Shown in pieces: positions 18,288 to 27,525 of a stretch of DNA of 64,000 nt (within the stretch, counting starts at the first letter, position 1; every line of letters begins with the position of its first letter). Below the pieces are notes generated by a model. That model saw only the letters and a program-made list of their open reading frames with translations. It was not told the origin of the DNA and did no database searches. Origin of the DNA: an uncultured virus (IMG/VR IMGVR_UViG_3300044984_001006) (lineage: Duplodnaviria; Heunggongvirae; Uroviricota; Caudoviricetes; Crassvirales). The stretch lies in IMG/VR virus record IMGVR_UViG_3300044984_001006. The stretch is one strand, 5' to 3'. Made by a program: the position numbers and the translations under genes.

Positions 18288-18586
18288 AAAATTATTTACA
18301 AGATGTACAACCTAAAATGACAGTTGACAATTATACAAACGCATCACAAGCTTTAAATCCAAAGATGGATGCAAATACAGATTTAACATCACAACCTAAA
18401 ATGGCTAATCCTGCTTTAGCATCTACGCCAAGACCAATGAATCCTAATATTAAAAATAGTGGTGCACCTGTACCATTTAGTCCACAAAGTGCATCAACAA
18501 TTAACGGTGTATTCGGAACAGGTATGGAGAATTCATTTGATAGAACAATGTCAAGTATGGATCCAGCTCAAGAACCTCAAATGTAA
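18284..18586 (+). CDS. Hypothetical low-complexity protein
   Basis: ORF track; Pro/Met/Asn-rich. Confidence 0.55.
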   Translation: MKNYLQDVQPKMTVDNYTNASQALNPKMDANTDLTSQPKMANPALASTPRPMNPNIKNSGAPVPFSPQSASTINGVFGTGMENSFDRTMSSMDPAQEPQM

Positions 18587-18604
18587 TTACTAAACAACAA
18601 AGAT

Positions 18605-18820
18605 ATGATGAATAATAAAACAATCGACCCACACTTAGTTAAAATGGAAAAACCTGGTGTATCTGGATTAAACCATTTATGGGACGGACCATTAGATATG
18701 TCTGCTTATCCAAAAGGACAAGGATATAGCGGAGGTAAAAATGGTATGAAATTAAAATTAGATTGTGGATGCGGAGGCGCACCACTTGAGCCTATTACGC
18801 AACGTGCTAAAAGAAGATAA
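18605..18820 (+). CDS. Hypothetical protein
   Basis: ORF track. Confidence 0.55.
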   Translation: MMNNKTIDPHLVKMEKPGVSGLNHLWDGPLDMSAYPKGQGYSGGKNGMKLKLDCGCGGAPLEPITQRAKRR

Positions 18821-18823
18821 AAA

Positions 18824-18988
18824 ATGACATTTACTGATTTGAAGCTTTACACTCTAAACTCAGTGTCATTAATGTTAAGTATGACAGCGATAGAACCATT
18901 CTTAAAAATAACTTTGTTATTGGTATCAATAGGATATACATTACATAAGTGGATGCATATAGGTGGTAAAAAAGAAGAGAACAATTAA
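18824..18988 (+). CDS. Small membrane protein (holin-like), 54 aa
   Basis: Manual translation MTFTDLKLYTLNSVSLMLSMTAIEPFLKITLLLVSIGYTLHKW... Confidence 0.55.
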   Translation: MTFTDLKLYTLNSVSLMLSMTAIEPFLKITLLLVSIGYTLHKWMHIGGKKEENN

Positions 18989-18999
18989 TATATAAACTT

Positions 19000-19311
19000 A
19001 TGGCGTTCAAACTAAGAAGTCCATACGAAATTGATAACACTCCTATCTATCAACAAGATATGGGTGATGATGTTTTAGGTATGGCTACAAATAAAGGTAG
19101 TATACTTATAAATAAAAATGTTTCGCCTGCTGTATTAAAAAAGAATAAAACAATCTCTCATGAGAAAGTTCATTTAGATCAAATGAATAGAGGTGATTTA
19201 GATTACAACGACTCACATGTATTCTGGAAAGGTAAAAAATATCCCCGGGCTACAATGAAAGAGGGTAGTAAGAAATTACCTTGGGAGGCAGAGGCTTATG
19301 CAAAACAATAA
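19000..19311 (+). CDS. Zincin-like metallopeptidase domain protein
   Basis: HEKVH (HExxH) and PWEAEAY motifs. Confidence 0.65.
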   Translation: MAFKLRSPYEIDNTPIYQQDMGDDVLGMATNKGSILINKNVSPAVLKKNKTISHEKVHLDQMNRGDLDYNDSHVFWKGKKYPRATMKEGSKKLPWEAEAYAKQ

Positions 19312-19370
19312 AAAGTAAATATTATGCGTGATATATATATTAATACTAATCTAATTAAATTTATATCATT

Positions 19371-19736
19371 ATGAAAAAACTTATTTTAATTTTAGCGTTT
19401 GGATTATTTAATTTAAACACTTTTGCGCAAGAAGAGATTAACACATTACAACTTATTGGTTGGTGGATGCCGGATAAACCATCTTCTCATTTGTTCTTTT
19501 GGGAAACACCAGCAGGTGAATTAAAAGTACAACAGATAAGCAATGTAACAGGAGAAAGTTTTATAAACAGAGATTTTAGAATTAATTTAGAATCTATATT
19601 TATTAAATCAAGTATCAAAGAAGAAGATAAAGCATTAAACTATTATGTGATGTTGGAAAACGGCACTATGGAATGTACTTCTACAAACTGTTACACTAAT
19701 AAAGTTACAAAAATAATATACACAAAAACAAGATAA
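19371..19736 (+). CDS. Secreted/periplasmic protein
   Basis: Bacteroidota-type signal peptide MKKLILILAFGLFNLNTFAQ. Confidence 0.6.
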   Translation: MKKLILILAFGLFNLNTFAQEEINTLQLIGWWMPDKPSSHLFFWETPAGELKVQQISNVTGESFINRDFRINLESIFIKSSIKEEDKALNYYVMLENGTMECTSTNCYTNKVTKIIYTKTR

Positions 19737-19763
19737 CAATTAACCTAAAACAAAACAAACAAA

Positions 19764-20234
19764 ATGGCATACAAACAAACACCAGGAAGAGGTAACGGTA
19801 CAAAAACTGGAGCAGGAATTTCTCCTACATTAATGAGTGGTTCACCAATGCGTCAAGAAGACCCTAAGGTAAAAAAAGCTTTAGGATTAGTAAAAGCGGG
19901 AGAAGAAGCTGCTAAGAAGCGCGCAAGCATTAAAAAACTATCAGAAAGAGATCGTGGTATTGAAATAGGTGCTGCTACAGATAGTATAGAAGCTAGCAAT
20001 AAGGCGGGTGATTTATTTACTAAAAGACAAAAGGCTGCCATTGGTAATAAAGCGGCTAACAAAACTCGTAAAGAAAGCGGAGCCACTACTACTGTTACAA
20101 AAACTCAAGTAGAAGGTAAAAAAGGTTTTGAGGATAAATATACTAGAACTCCTGCTAAGCAAATGGCAAAAAAATCCCCAATGAAACAAATGAATAAAAT
20201 GCCAATGAAGCAAATGAAGAAAAAAAGTTGCTAA
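19764..20234 (+). CDS. Basic protein with xP(M/A)(K/R)Q repeats
   Basis: ORF track; SPMRQ, TPAKQ, SPMKQ and MPMKQ. Confidence 0.6.
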   Translation: MAYKQTPGRGNGTKTGAGISPTLMSGSPMRQEDPKVKKALGLVKAGEEAAKKRASIKKLSERDRGIEIGAATDSIEASNKAGDLFTKRQKAAIGNKAANKTRKESGATTTVTKTQVEGKKGFEDKYTRTPAKQMAKKSPMKQMNKMPMKQMKKKSC

Positions 20235-20266
20235 TTAAAATAACTAAGCTTATGTAGTAAGCTGAT

Positions 20267-20339
20267 AGCAGGTGGGAGGTAAGGTATCTCACGGGTCTCA
20301 TAAGCCCGCTTAAACTGGTTCGACTCCAGTACGTTGCTA
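20267..20339 (+). tRNA. tRNA with CAT anticodon (Met, or Ile2 if lysidine-modified)
   Basis: Anticodon arm CGGGT-CTCATAA-GCCCG, T arm ACTGG-TTCGACT-CCAGT, D stem GAGG/TCTC; acceptor stem has a bulge. Confidence 0.8.
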
Positions 20340-20367
20340 CTAATTATTAACAATTAAATCAAGTAAA

Positions 20368-20625
20368 ATGAAAAAAGTGGAAACAAAAACTATTAAGAAA
20401 GATCAATTAGAAAAAATCGTTGCTCAACAAAAAGACTTAAACGTATTGTTAACGAACATTGGTGTTCTAGAAACACAAAAGCATTCGTTATTACATCAAG
20501 TTGCTGAAGTCAATAAAGAAGTTGAGGATTTTAAATCAGAATTGGAATCTGAATATGGTGCTATTAATATTAACCTAGAAGACGGTAGTTATACTGAAAT
20601 CGAGAAGGAAGAAAGTAATGGCTAA
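20368..20625 (+). CDS. Coiled-coil hypothetical protein
   Basis: LESEYG.ININLEDG C-terminal motif common in phages. Confidence 0.65.
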   Translation: MKKVETKTIKKDQLEKIVAQQKDLNVLLTNIGVLETQKHSLLHQVAEVNKEVEDFKSELESEYGAININLEDGSYTEIEKEESNG

Positions 20626-20845
20626 TGTCATTAGAAAAATAAGTATTGGAGCGGATTATAAAAACGACGCAATGCACTATTCAGTAAATCAAGAAGTATA
20701 CGGGGGACATAAAATCTCCCATATACTATTTGAGGAAGTTGATAATTCATACAATATTTATATAAAGAAAAGTGATGAAGTTATGCCGTGGAAGAAATTT
20801 AACAGTCACATGGCTATTTCAGTGGAATATGATTTAGAATACTAA
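20618..20845 (+). CDS. Conserved hypothetical protein
   Basis: IRKISIGADYKNDAMHY motif; coupled to neighbouring genes. Confidence 0.65.
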   Translation: MANVIRKISIGADYKNDAMHYSVNQEVYGGHKISHILFEEVDNSYNIYIKKSDEVMPWKKFNSHMAISVEYDLEY

Positions 20846-21462
20846 TGAGAAGTGCATTTAGCTTTATTGTTAAACCTGTAGGTAATAGGTATGACAATAC
20901 AGTTAAAGTAGGTGATAAAGATTTGGTTGTTAACACATCGATTGAATCTTTTAAAGCTGTTAATAATATGGCTGAAGTTTTAGCTGTGCCCTTATTTGGA
21001 ACAACTGATATTAAAGTTGGTGACAAAGTAATAATACATCATAATGTTTTTAGAAGATTTTATGATATAAAGGGTAAACAAAAGAACAGTAGATCATACT
21101 TTAACGAAGACAAGTATTTTGTAGATTTTGATCAGATATATTTATATGGTGATGTTGGTAATTGGAAAGCTTTTGGCGACCGTTGCTTCATACAGCCAAT
21201 AAAAAATAATAACAGTTTTAGCTTAGAAAAAGAGCAAAGACTTATTGGAATACTAAAATATGGTAATAGCTCCTTAAATGAAGCGAAAATAGTACCAGGT
21301 GACTTAGTAGGATATAAACCATACGGGGAATTTGAATTTATTATAGAAGGTAAACGATTATACTGTATGAAATCAAATGATATTGTAATTAAATATGAAT
21401 ATAGAGGAGACGAAGCAGAGTATAATCCAAGCTGGACACAAAGCAGTATTGGAGTTAATTAA
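20845..21462 (+). CDS. Protein with two GroES-like domains
   Basis: Two repeats of the ..KP...(EVLAV/GILKY)...(IKVGD/IVPGD).V pattern, ending IEGKRLYCMKSNDIV. Confidence 0.55.
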   Translation: MRSAFSFIVKPVGNRYDNTVKVGDKDLVVNTSIESFKAVNNMAEVLAVPLFGTTDIKVGDKVIIHHNVFRRFYDIKGKQKNSRSYFNEDKYFVDFDQIYLYGDVGNWKAFGDRCFIQPIKNNNSFSLEKEQRLIGILKYGNSSLNEAKIVPGDLVGYKPYGEFEFIIEGKRLYCMKSNDIVIKYEYRGDEAEYNPSWTQSSIGVN

Positions 21463-21673
21463 GGTTGCTGAAGAAGCTATCTTAGATAATGGAGAAGACG
21501 ACTTAGCCGCAGATAAATTAAAAAATGCTGCAGCAACAAAAAAGTTAGCCATCTTCGATGCGTTCGAGATACTTAATCGTATTGAAGAAGAAAGACAAAA
21601 ATTAGATGCTCAAGATGCGAGCGAAAAAGCAAGCAAAGTTTTTAAAGGGTTTGCAGAAGGGAGATCTAAATAA
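21395..21673 (+). CDS. Probable terminase small subunit
   Basis: Helical 92-aa ORF directly upstream of the large terminase. Confidence 0.45.
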   Translation: MNIEETKQSIIQAGHKAVLELIKVAEEAILDNGEDDLAADKLKNAAATKKLAIFDAFEILNRIEEERQKLDAQDASEKASKVFKGFAEGRSK

Positions 21674-23895
21674 TGTACGAACAAAATTTAATAACCACAT
21701 TAACTGACTATATCAAACCAACTATTATAAGTAGGCTTAATAAAAGTAAGAAGTGGGAATATGGATATAATAAAGATCATGACGTAATTGTTATAAGCAA
21801 GACAGGTAAGATTGGTGAAATCGTAGAGATACAAAATTTAAAGATTGCATTACCTTATATTGAAAACGCTTACAAAAGATCTAATAAGAAAGAAGAACAA
21901 TATTGGGAGCAAGCTAAATATCCAAAAGAGCTTGAGCGTATCAAAAGTGTATTTGACTGGAATAAATATCCAGATAAATTCAAAGAAAATTGGTATGACT
22001 TTATTGATGCAGAATTCAAATACAGAGAAGAAGGTTTTTCTTTTTACAACAATGGTGTACCTACTTATATAACCGGTACCCATTATATGTATTTACAATG
22101 GAGCAAGATTGACGTTGGCGCTCCGGATTTTCGTGAATCCAATAGAGTATTCTTTATATTTTGGGAAGCTTGTAAAGCAGATAATAGATGTTATGGTATG
22201 TGCTATTTAAAGAATAGACGTTCAGGATTTTCATTTATGTCTTCTGCCGAGTTAGTTAACCAAGCTACATTAAGTTCTGATACAAGATATGGAATACTAT
22301 CGAAGTCAGGAGCCGATGCAAAGAAAATGTTTACAGACAAGGTTGTACCTATATCAATAAACTATCCTTTTTTCTTTAAACCAATTCAAGATGGTATGGA
22401 CCGTCCGAAAACTGAATTAGCTTATAGAATACCTGCATCAAAATTAACAAGAAGAAAATTAGATGCTCAAGAACAATTAGAAGAGCTTGAAGGATTAGAT
22501 ACTACGATTGACTGGAAAAATACTGGAGACAATAGCTATGATGGTGAAAAGTTAAGATTATTAGTTCATGATGAAAGTGGTAAATGGGAAAGACCGGATA
22601 ACATTTTAAATAACTGGCGTATTACAAAAACCTGTGTAAGGTTAGGTAGTAAGATCGTTGGTAAGTGTATGATGGGTTCTACTTCAAATGCTTTAGATAA
22701 AGGAGGAGACAACTTTAAAAAATTATATTATAATTCAGATGTAACTAAACGTAACCGTAATGGTCAAACAAGTTCTGGATTATATTCTTTATTTATACCG
22801 ATGGAATGGAACTTTGAAGGTTTCATGGACAAATTTGGTATGCCGGTTTTCTTAACACCTGAGCAACCTATTAAAGGAGCTGATGATATGTGGATTGATT
22901 ACGGGGTTATTGAGCATTGGCAAAATGAAGTTGATGGTTTGAAATCAGATCAAGATGCATTAAACGAATACTACAGACAGTTTCCAAGAACTGAGCAACA
23001 CGCTTTCAGAGATGAAGCAAAGCAATCTTTATTTAACCTTACAAAAATATATGAGCAAATAGATTATAATGATGATCTAAGAAACTCAAATGTTATAACA
23101 CAAGGTAGCTTCCAATGGGAGAACGGTATACAAGATAGTAAAGTTATGTTTGTACCAAATAAAGATGGTAGATTTTTAATTTCTTGGATTCCTCCGCTAA
23201 ATCTCCAAAATCGTGTGATTATAAAGAATGGAGTTAAATACCCTGGTAACGAACATTGCGGTGCATTTGGTTGTGACAGTTACGATATATCAGGAACAGT
23301 TGATGAAAGTAGAGGTTCTAAAGGAGCTTTACACGGATTGACAAAGTTTTCAATGGAAGATGTTCCGCCTAGTCATTTCTTTTTAGAATATATAGCTAGA
23401 CCACAAACAGCGGAGATATTTTTTGAAGATGTATTAATGGCTTTAGTATTTTATGGTATGCCAATACTAGCAGAGAATAACAAACCTAGATTGCTTTACT
23501 ATTTAAAAAGAAGGGGATATAGAGGTTATTCAATGAATAGACCGGATAAAGTATGGAATAAGTTATCGCCAGCAGAAAAAGAAATTGGCGGTATACCTTC
23601 AGCTTCACAAGATATGTTACAAGCTCATGCAGCGGCTATTGAATCGTACATTGACAAATATGTAGGTTTATTAGAAGGTGGCTACGGGGATATGTATTTT
23701 CAAAAAACTTTGAATGACTGGTCTAGATTTAATATAAATAATAGAACTAAGCATGATGCTACTATTAGTTCAGGTTTAGCTATAATGGCTTGCAACAAAA
23801 ACGCTTACACACCTGTATTTCACGCTCCAAAAGAGACTGTGTCATTAGGTTTTAAAAAATATAATAACGAAGGTTTTAGTTCAAAAATAATATAA
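21673..23895 (+). CDS. terL: Terminase large subunit
   Basis: Walker A-like LKNRRSGFS, Walker B LLVHDESGKW, GSTSN coupling motif and nuclease GCDSYD. Confidence 0.9.
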   Translation: MYEQNLITTLTDYIKPTIISRLNKSKKWEYGYNKDHDVIVISKTGKIGEIVEIQNLKIALPYIENAYKRSNKKEEQYWEQAKYPKELERIKSVFDWNKYPDKFKENWYDFIDAEFKYREEGFSFYNNGVPTYITGTHYMYLQWSKIDVGAPDFRESNRVFFIFWEACKADNRCYGMCYLKNRRSGFSFMSSAELVNQATLSSDTRYGILSKSGADAKKMFTDKVVPISINYPFFFKPIQDGMDRPKTELAYRIPASKLTRRKLDAQEQLEELEGLDTTIDWKNTGDNSYDGEKLRLLVHDESGKWERPDNILNNWRITKTCVRLGSKIVGKCMMGSTSNALDKGGDNFKKLYYNSDVTKRNRNGQTSSGLYSLFIPMEWNFEGFMDKFGMPVFLTPEQPIKGADDMWIDYGVIEHWQNEVDGLKSDQDALNEYYRQFPRTEQHAFRDEAKQSLFNLTKIYEQIDYNDDLRNSNVITQGSFQWENGIQDSKVMFVPNKDGRFLISWIPPLNLQNRVIIKNGVKYPGNEHCGAFGCDSYDISGTVDESRGSKGALHGLTKFSMEDVPPSHFFLEYIARPQTAEIFFEDVLMALVFYGMPILAENNKPRLLYYLKRRGYRGYSMNRPDKVWNKLSPAEKEIGGIPSASQDMLQAHAAAIESYIDKYVGLLEGGYGDMYFQKTLNDWSRFNINNRTKHDATISSGLAIMACNKNAYTPVFHAPKETVSLGFKKYNNEGFSSKII

Positions 23896-23898
23896 TAG

Positions 23899-26316
23899 AT
23901 GGTTTATACTAATAATAATAGTTCTTTTCCTAGTCAGGTAGTACCAGATTCAGAGAAACAAAGCTACGAGTACGGAGCTAAAGTAGGTAGAGCTATTGAA
24001 AACGAATGGTTTAGAGGTGATAGAGTTGGTGGCGCTGGAAACAGATGGGGATCCAACTGGCAGAACTTCCACAGATTAAGATTATATGCTAGAGGTGAGC
24101 AATCAGTTCAAAAGTATAAAGATGAATTATCAATCAATGGTGATTTATCTTATTTGAATCTTGACTGGAAACCTGTACCTGTTATACCTAAGTTTGTTGA
24201 CATCGTTGTTAACGGTATATCTAGCAAGAACTACGATATTAAAGCATACGCACAAGATCCAGATTCAATTAAAAAGAAAACAAATTATGCTTCTGCAATA
24301 CTTGAAGACATGATGGCCAAAGATCTTTTAAATGAAATACAAGGAACGTTAGGAGCAAATCTATATAATACTATGGATCCTGCTAATTTACCAGAGGATA
24401 AAGAAGAATTAGAAATTAGACTTCAATTAAGTTACAAACAAGAAATTGAAATAGCTGAAGAAGAAGTAATAAGTCAAATATTAGATAACAATAAATATCC
24501 GTTAATAAACAAAAGATTAAATTACGATTTAGTTGTTTTGGGTATTGCGGCATCAAAAACAAATTGGAACAAAGCAGAAGGAGTAACAATAGATTATGTT
24601 GATCCTGCTAACCTTGTTTATTCTTACACAGAGGATCCAAACTTTGAAGATATATATTATGTTGGTGAAGTTAGATCTGTTACGTTAGAAGAGGTTAAAA
24701 TGCAATTTCCACATTTAACAAAAGCTGATTTAGAAGAGATTGAAAAATATCCAGGTGATGTAAATTATACACGTAACTATTACGGACAAGATTATGACAC
24801 TTCTAATGTACAGGTATTGTATTTTGAATACAAAACATTTTCTAATCAAGTATTTAAAATTAAACAAACAGATGTTGGTTTAGAAAAAGCATTAGAAAAA
24901 ACGGATGATTTTAATCCACCAGAAAGCGATACATTTAGCAAAGTATCAAGAAGTATTGAAGTTTTATATTCAGGAGCAAAAATATTAGGTCACGAAAAAA
25001 TGTTAGAATGGAAACTAGCAGAGAATATGACGAGACCATTTGCTGATACAACAAGAGTACAAATGAATTATGCTATTTGTGCACCAAGAATGTATAAAGG
25101 AAGAATTGAATCATTAGTAAGCCGTATAACAGGGTTTGCAGATATGATTCAGTTAACGCATTTAAAGATACAACAAGTATTAGCTAGATTAGTTCCGGAT
25201 GGAGTATTTGTTGATGTTGATGGATTAGCCGAAGTTGATTTAGGTAATGGTACAAATTATAATCCAGCAGAAGCATTAAATATGTATTTCCAAACAGGTA
25301 GTATCGTTGGTAGATCAATGACACAAGATGGAGATATGAACAGGGCTAAAATTCCAATACAAGAATTACAAACTTCATCGGGTAGTGGTAAGATACAATC
25401 ATTGATACAAACATATCAATATTACTTACAAATGATACGTGATGTAACCGGATTGAATGAAGCAAGAGATGCTAGTACGCCAGATAGAGATGCTTTAGTT
25501 GGTTTACAAAAAATGGCAGCAGCAAATTCAAACACTGCAACAAGACACATATTACAATCTAGTTTATATTTAACTTTACGTATATGTGAGAATATTTCAA
25601 GAAGAGTTGCTGATTCATTAAACTTTCCATTAACGGCAAGTTCATTAATGCAAAGTATATCGGTATCATCAGTTGAAACATTGAAGGAATTACAAAACTT
25701 AAACTTACATGATTTTGGTATATATCTAGAATTAGAACCGGATGAAGAAGAAAGAGCACAATTAGAACAAAACATACAAGTTGCTTTACAATCAGGCGGT
25801 ATTGACCTTGAAGACGCTATTGACTTAAGACAAATTAAAAATATTAAGTTAGCTAATCAATCTCTTAAATACAAAAGAAAAAAGAAACAAGAAAGAGATC
25901 AAGCAAACCAAAAAGCAAATATACAAGCACAAGCACAAGCAAATGCTCAGTTAGCACAGGAAACAGCTATGGCTGAAGTACAAAAGCAGCAAGCAATTAC
26001 TGAACAGAAAATACAGTTAGAGCAATCTAAGTTAAATTTCGAGATTCAAAAGATGCAACAGGAAGCATTGATAAAGAAACAGTTAATGGCAGAAGAATTT
26101 AGTTATCAATTGCAATTAGCAGAAATGCAACTGGCTCAGGCTCAAGATAAACTTAATAAGATGGAAGATCGTAAAGATCAAAGAACAAAGTTACAAGCCA
26201 CACAACAATCTGAATTGATTGAACAAAGACAGAATAATACATTACCAAAAGACTTTGAATCAGCAGGATTTGATAATCTTGGCGGTTTTGGTTTGGAGCA
26301 GTTCTCTCCTAAATAG
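23899..26316 (+). CDS. Portal protein
   Basis: 805 aa, follows terL; helical with Gln-rich coiled-coil C-terminus typical of podovirus portals. Confidence 0.8.
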   Translation: MVYTNNNSSFPSQVVPDSEKQSYEYGAKVGRAIENEWFRGDRVGGAGNRWGSNWQNFHRLRLYARGEQSVQKYKDELSINGDLSYLNLDWKPVPVIPKFVDIVVNGISSKNYDIKAYAQDPDSIKKKTNYASAILEDMMAKDLLNEIQGTLGANLYNTMDPANLPEDKEELEIRLQLSYKQEIEIAEEEVISQILDNNKYPLINKRLNYDLVVLGIAASKTNWNKAEGVTIDYVDPANLVYSYTEDPNFEDIYYVGEVRSVTLEEVKMQFPHLTKADLEEIEKYPGDVNYTRNYYGQDYDTSNVQVLYFEYKTFSNQVFKIKQTDVGLEKALEKTDDFNPPESDTFSKVSRSIEVLYSGAKILGHEKMLEWKLAENMTRPFADTTRVQMNYAICAPRMYKGRIESLVSRITGFADMIQLTHLKIQQVLARLVPDGVFVDVDGLAEVDLGNGTNYNPAEALNMYFQTGSIVGRSMTQDGDMNRAKIPIQELQTSSGSGKIQSLIQTYQYYLQMIRDVTGLNEARDASTPDRDALVGLQKMAAANSNTATRHILQSSLYLTLRICENISRRVADSLNFPLTASSLMQSISVSSVETLKELQNLNLHDFGIYLELEPDEEERAQLEQNIQVALQSGGIDLEDAIDLRQIKNIKLANQSLKYKRKKKQERDQANQKANIQAQAQANAQLAQETAMAEVQKQQAITEQKIQLEQSKLNFEIQKMQQEALIKKQLMAEEFSYQLQLAEMQLAQAQDKLNKMEDRKDQRTKLQATQQSELIEQRQNNTLPKDFESAGFDNLGGFGLEQFSPK

Positions 26317-26347
26317 AACAACACAACTAATTATATAATATTTTATC

Positions 26348-27508
26348 ATGGCAGAACAAATTAAACAAGAGGGTGACTTTAAAATTAAAAAAGCTAAAGT
26401 TCCTACTATTAAACATGTATCAGCTCAGTCTGTTGCAAAAGTAGATTTAACAACTAAACCAGTAGGCGATGCCGTTCAAGAGCAAACAACAGATGAAGGC
26501 GTGTTACAGCCAGGACAACCCGAAATGGGATTGCAAGAAGTGGTCGAAGGAAACACCGAACAAAAAATCATTACCGAACCGGTTGATGAGAAAGAAGTAG
26601 TTGTAGTTAATATTACAGAAACTACTGAAGAAGCAAAAGAACTTGAAGCAGAAGCAGAAAAAGCAATTAATGATTTAAAAGTATCAGGTAAACCATTACC
26701 AGAGAATATTGAAAAGTTAATTACTTTTATGGAAGAAACAGGTGGAGATATAGAAGATTATACTCGTTTAAATACGGATTATTCTAAATTAAACCCAGAA
26801 GTTCTATTAAAAGAATATTACAAGAAAACAAAACCACATTTAGATTTAGATGAGATTGACTTTCACATGGAAGAAACTTTTTCGTATGATGAGGATGAGG
26901 ATGATGAGCGAGAAATTAAAAAGAAACGTATCGCTTTCAAAGAAGAGGTTGGTAAAGCCAAAAGCTTTCTAGAGGATCTTAAGAGTAAATATTATGATGA
27001 AATTAAATTAAAGTCTAATGTAAACCCAGATCAACAAAAAGCAATTGATTTTTTCAATCGATACAAAGAGGATCAACAATCAGTTGAGCAAATGCATTCA
27101 GCATTTAAAGATAATACCAAAAAGTTTTTTACACAAGATTTCAAAGGTTTTGATTTCAACGCAGGTGGAAAAACATTCAGGTTTAATCTACAAAATACTG
27201 ACGCTGTTGCAGATAAACAATCAAACATTACTAACCTACTTAAGAAGTTCTTAAACGAAAAAGGTGAAGTAACAGATATGACTGGGTATCATAAAGCAAT
27301 GTATGCTGCTGAAAACACTGACAGTATTGCAAACCATTTTTACGAACAAGGTAAAGCTGACGCTATTAAAGAGATGTTAGCTAAATCAAACAACATTTCA
27401 ACAGAACCTAGACAAACGTCTGCTGGTGAAATTAACGTGAATGGATTTAAAGTAAGAGCTATCAATGGTGTTGATTCTTCAAAATTAAGAATTAAGAGTA
27501 AATTTTAA
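26348..27508 (+). CDS. Capsid scaffolding protein
   Basis: Acidic helical protein between portal and MCP. Confidence 0.7.
   Translation: MAEQIKQEGDFKIKKAKVPTIKHVSAQSVAKVDLTTKPVGDAVQEQTTDEGVLQPGQPEMGLQEVVEGNTEQKIITEPVDEKEVVVVNITETTEEAKELEAEAEKAINDLKVSGKPLPENIEKLITFMEETGGDIEDYTRLNTDYSKLNPEVLLKEYYKKTKPHLDLDEIDFHMEETFSYDEDEDDEREIKKKRIAFKEEVGKAKSFLEDLKSKYYDEIKLKSNVNPDQQKAIDFFNRYKEDQQSVEQMHSAFKDNTKKFFTQDFKGFDFNAGGKTFRFNLQNTDAVADKQSNITNLLKKFLNEKGEVTDMTGYHKAMYAAENTDSIANHFYEQGKADAIKEMLAKSNNISTEPRQTSAGEINVNGFKVRAINGVDSSKLRIKSKF
26469..26600 (+). CDS. Overprinted small basic protein (MPFKSK-type) in the +1 frame of the scaffold gene
   Basis: ATG at 26469 to TAG at 26600 gives MPFKSKQQMKACYSQDNPKWDCKKWSKETPNKKSLPNRLMRKK. 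Confidence 0.5.
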   Translation: MPFKSKQQMKACYSQDNPKWDCKKWSKETPNKKSLPNRLMRKK

Positions 27509-27525
27509 ACTAAAACAAACACATT

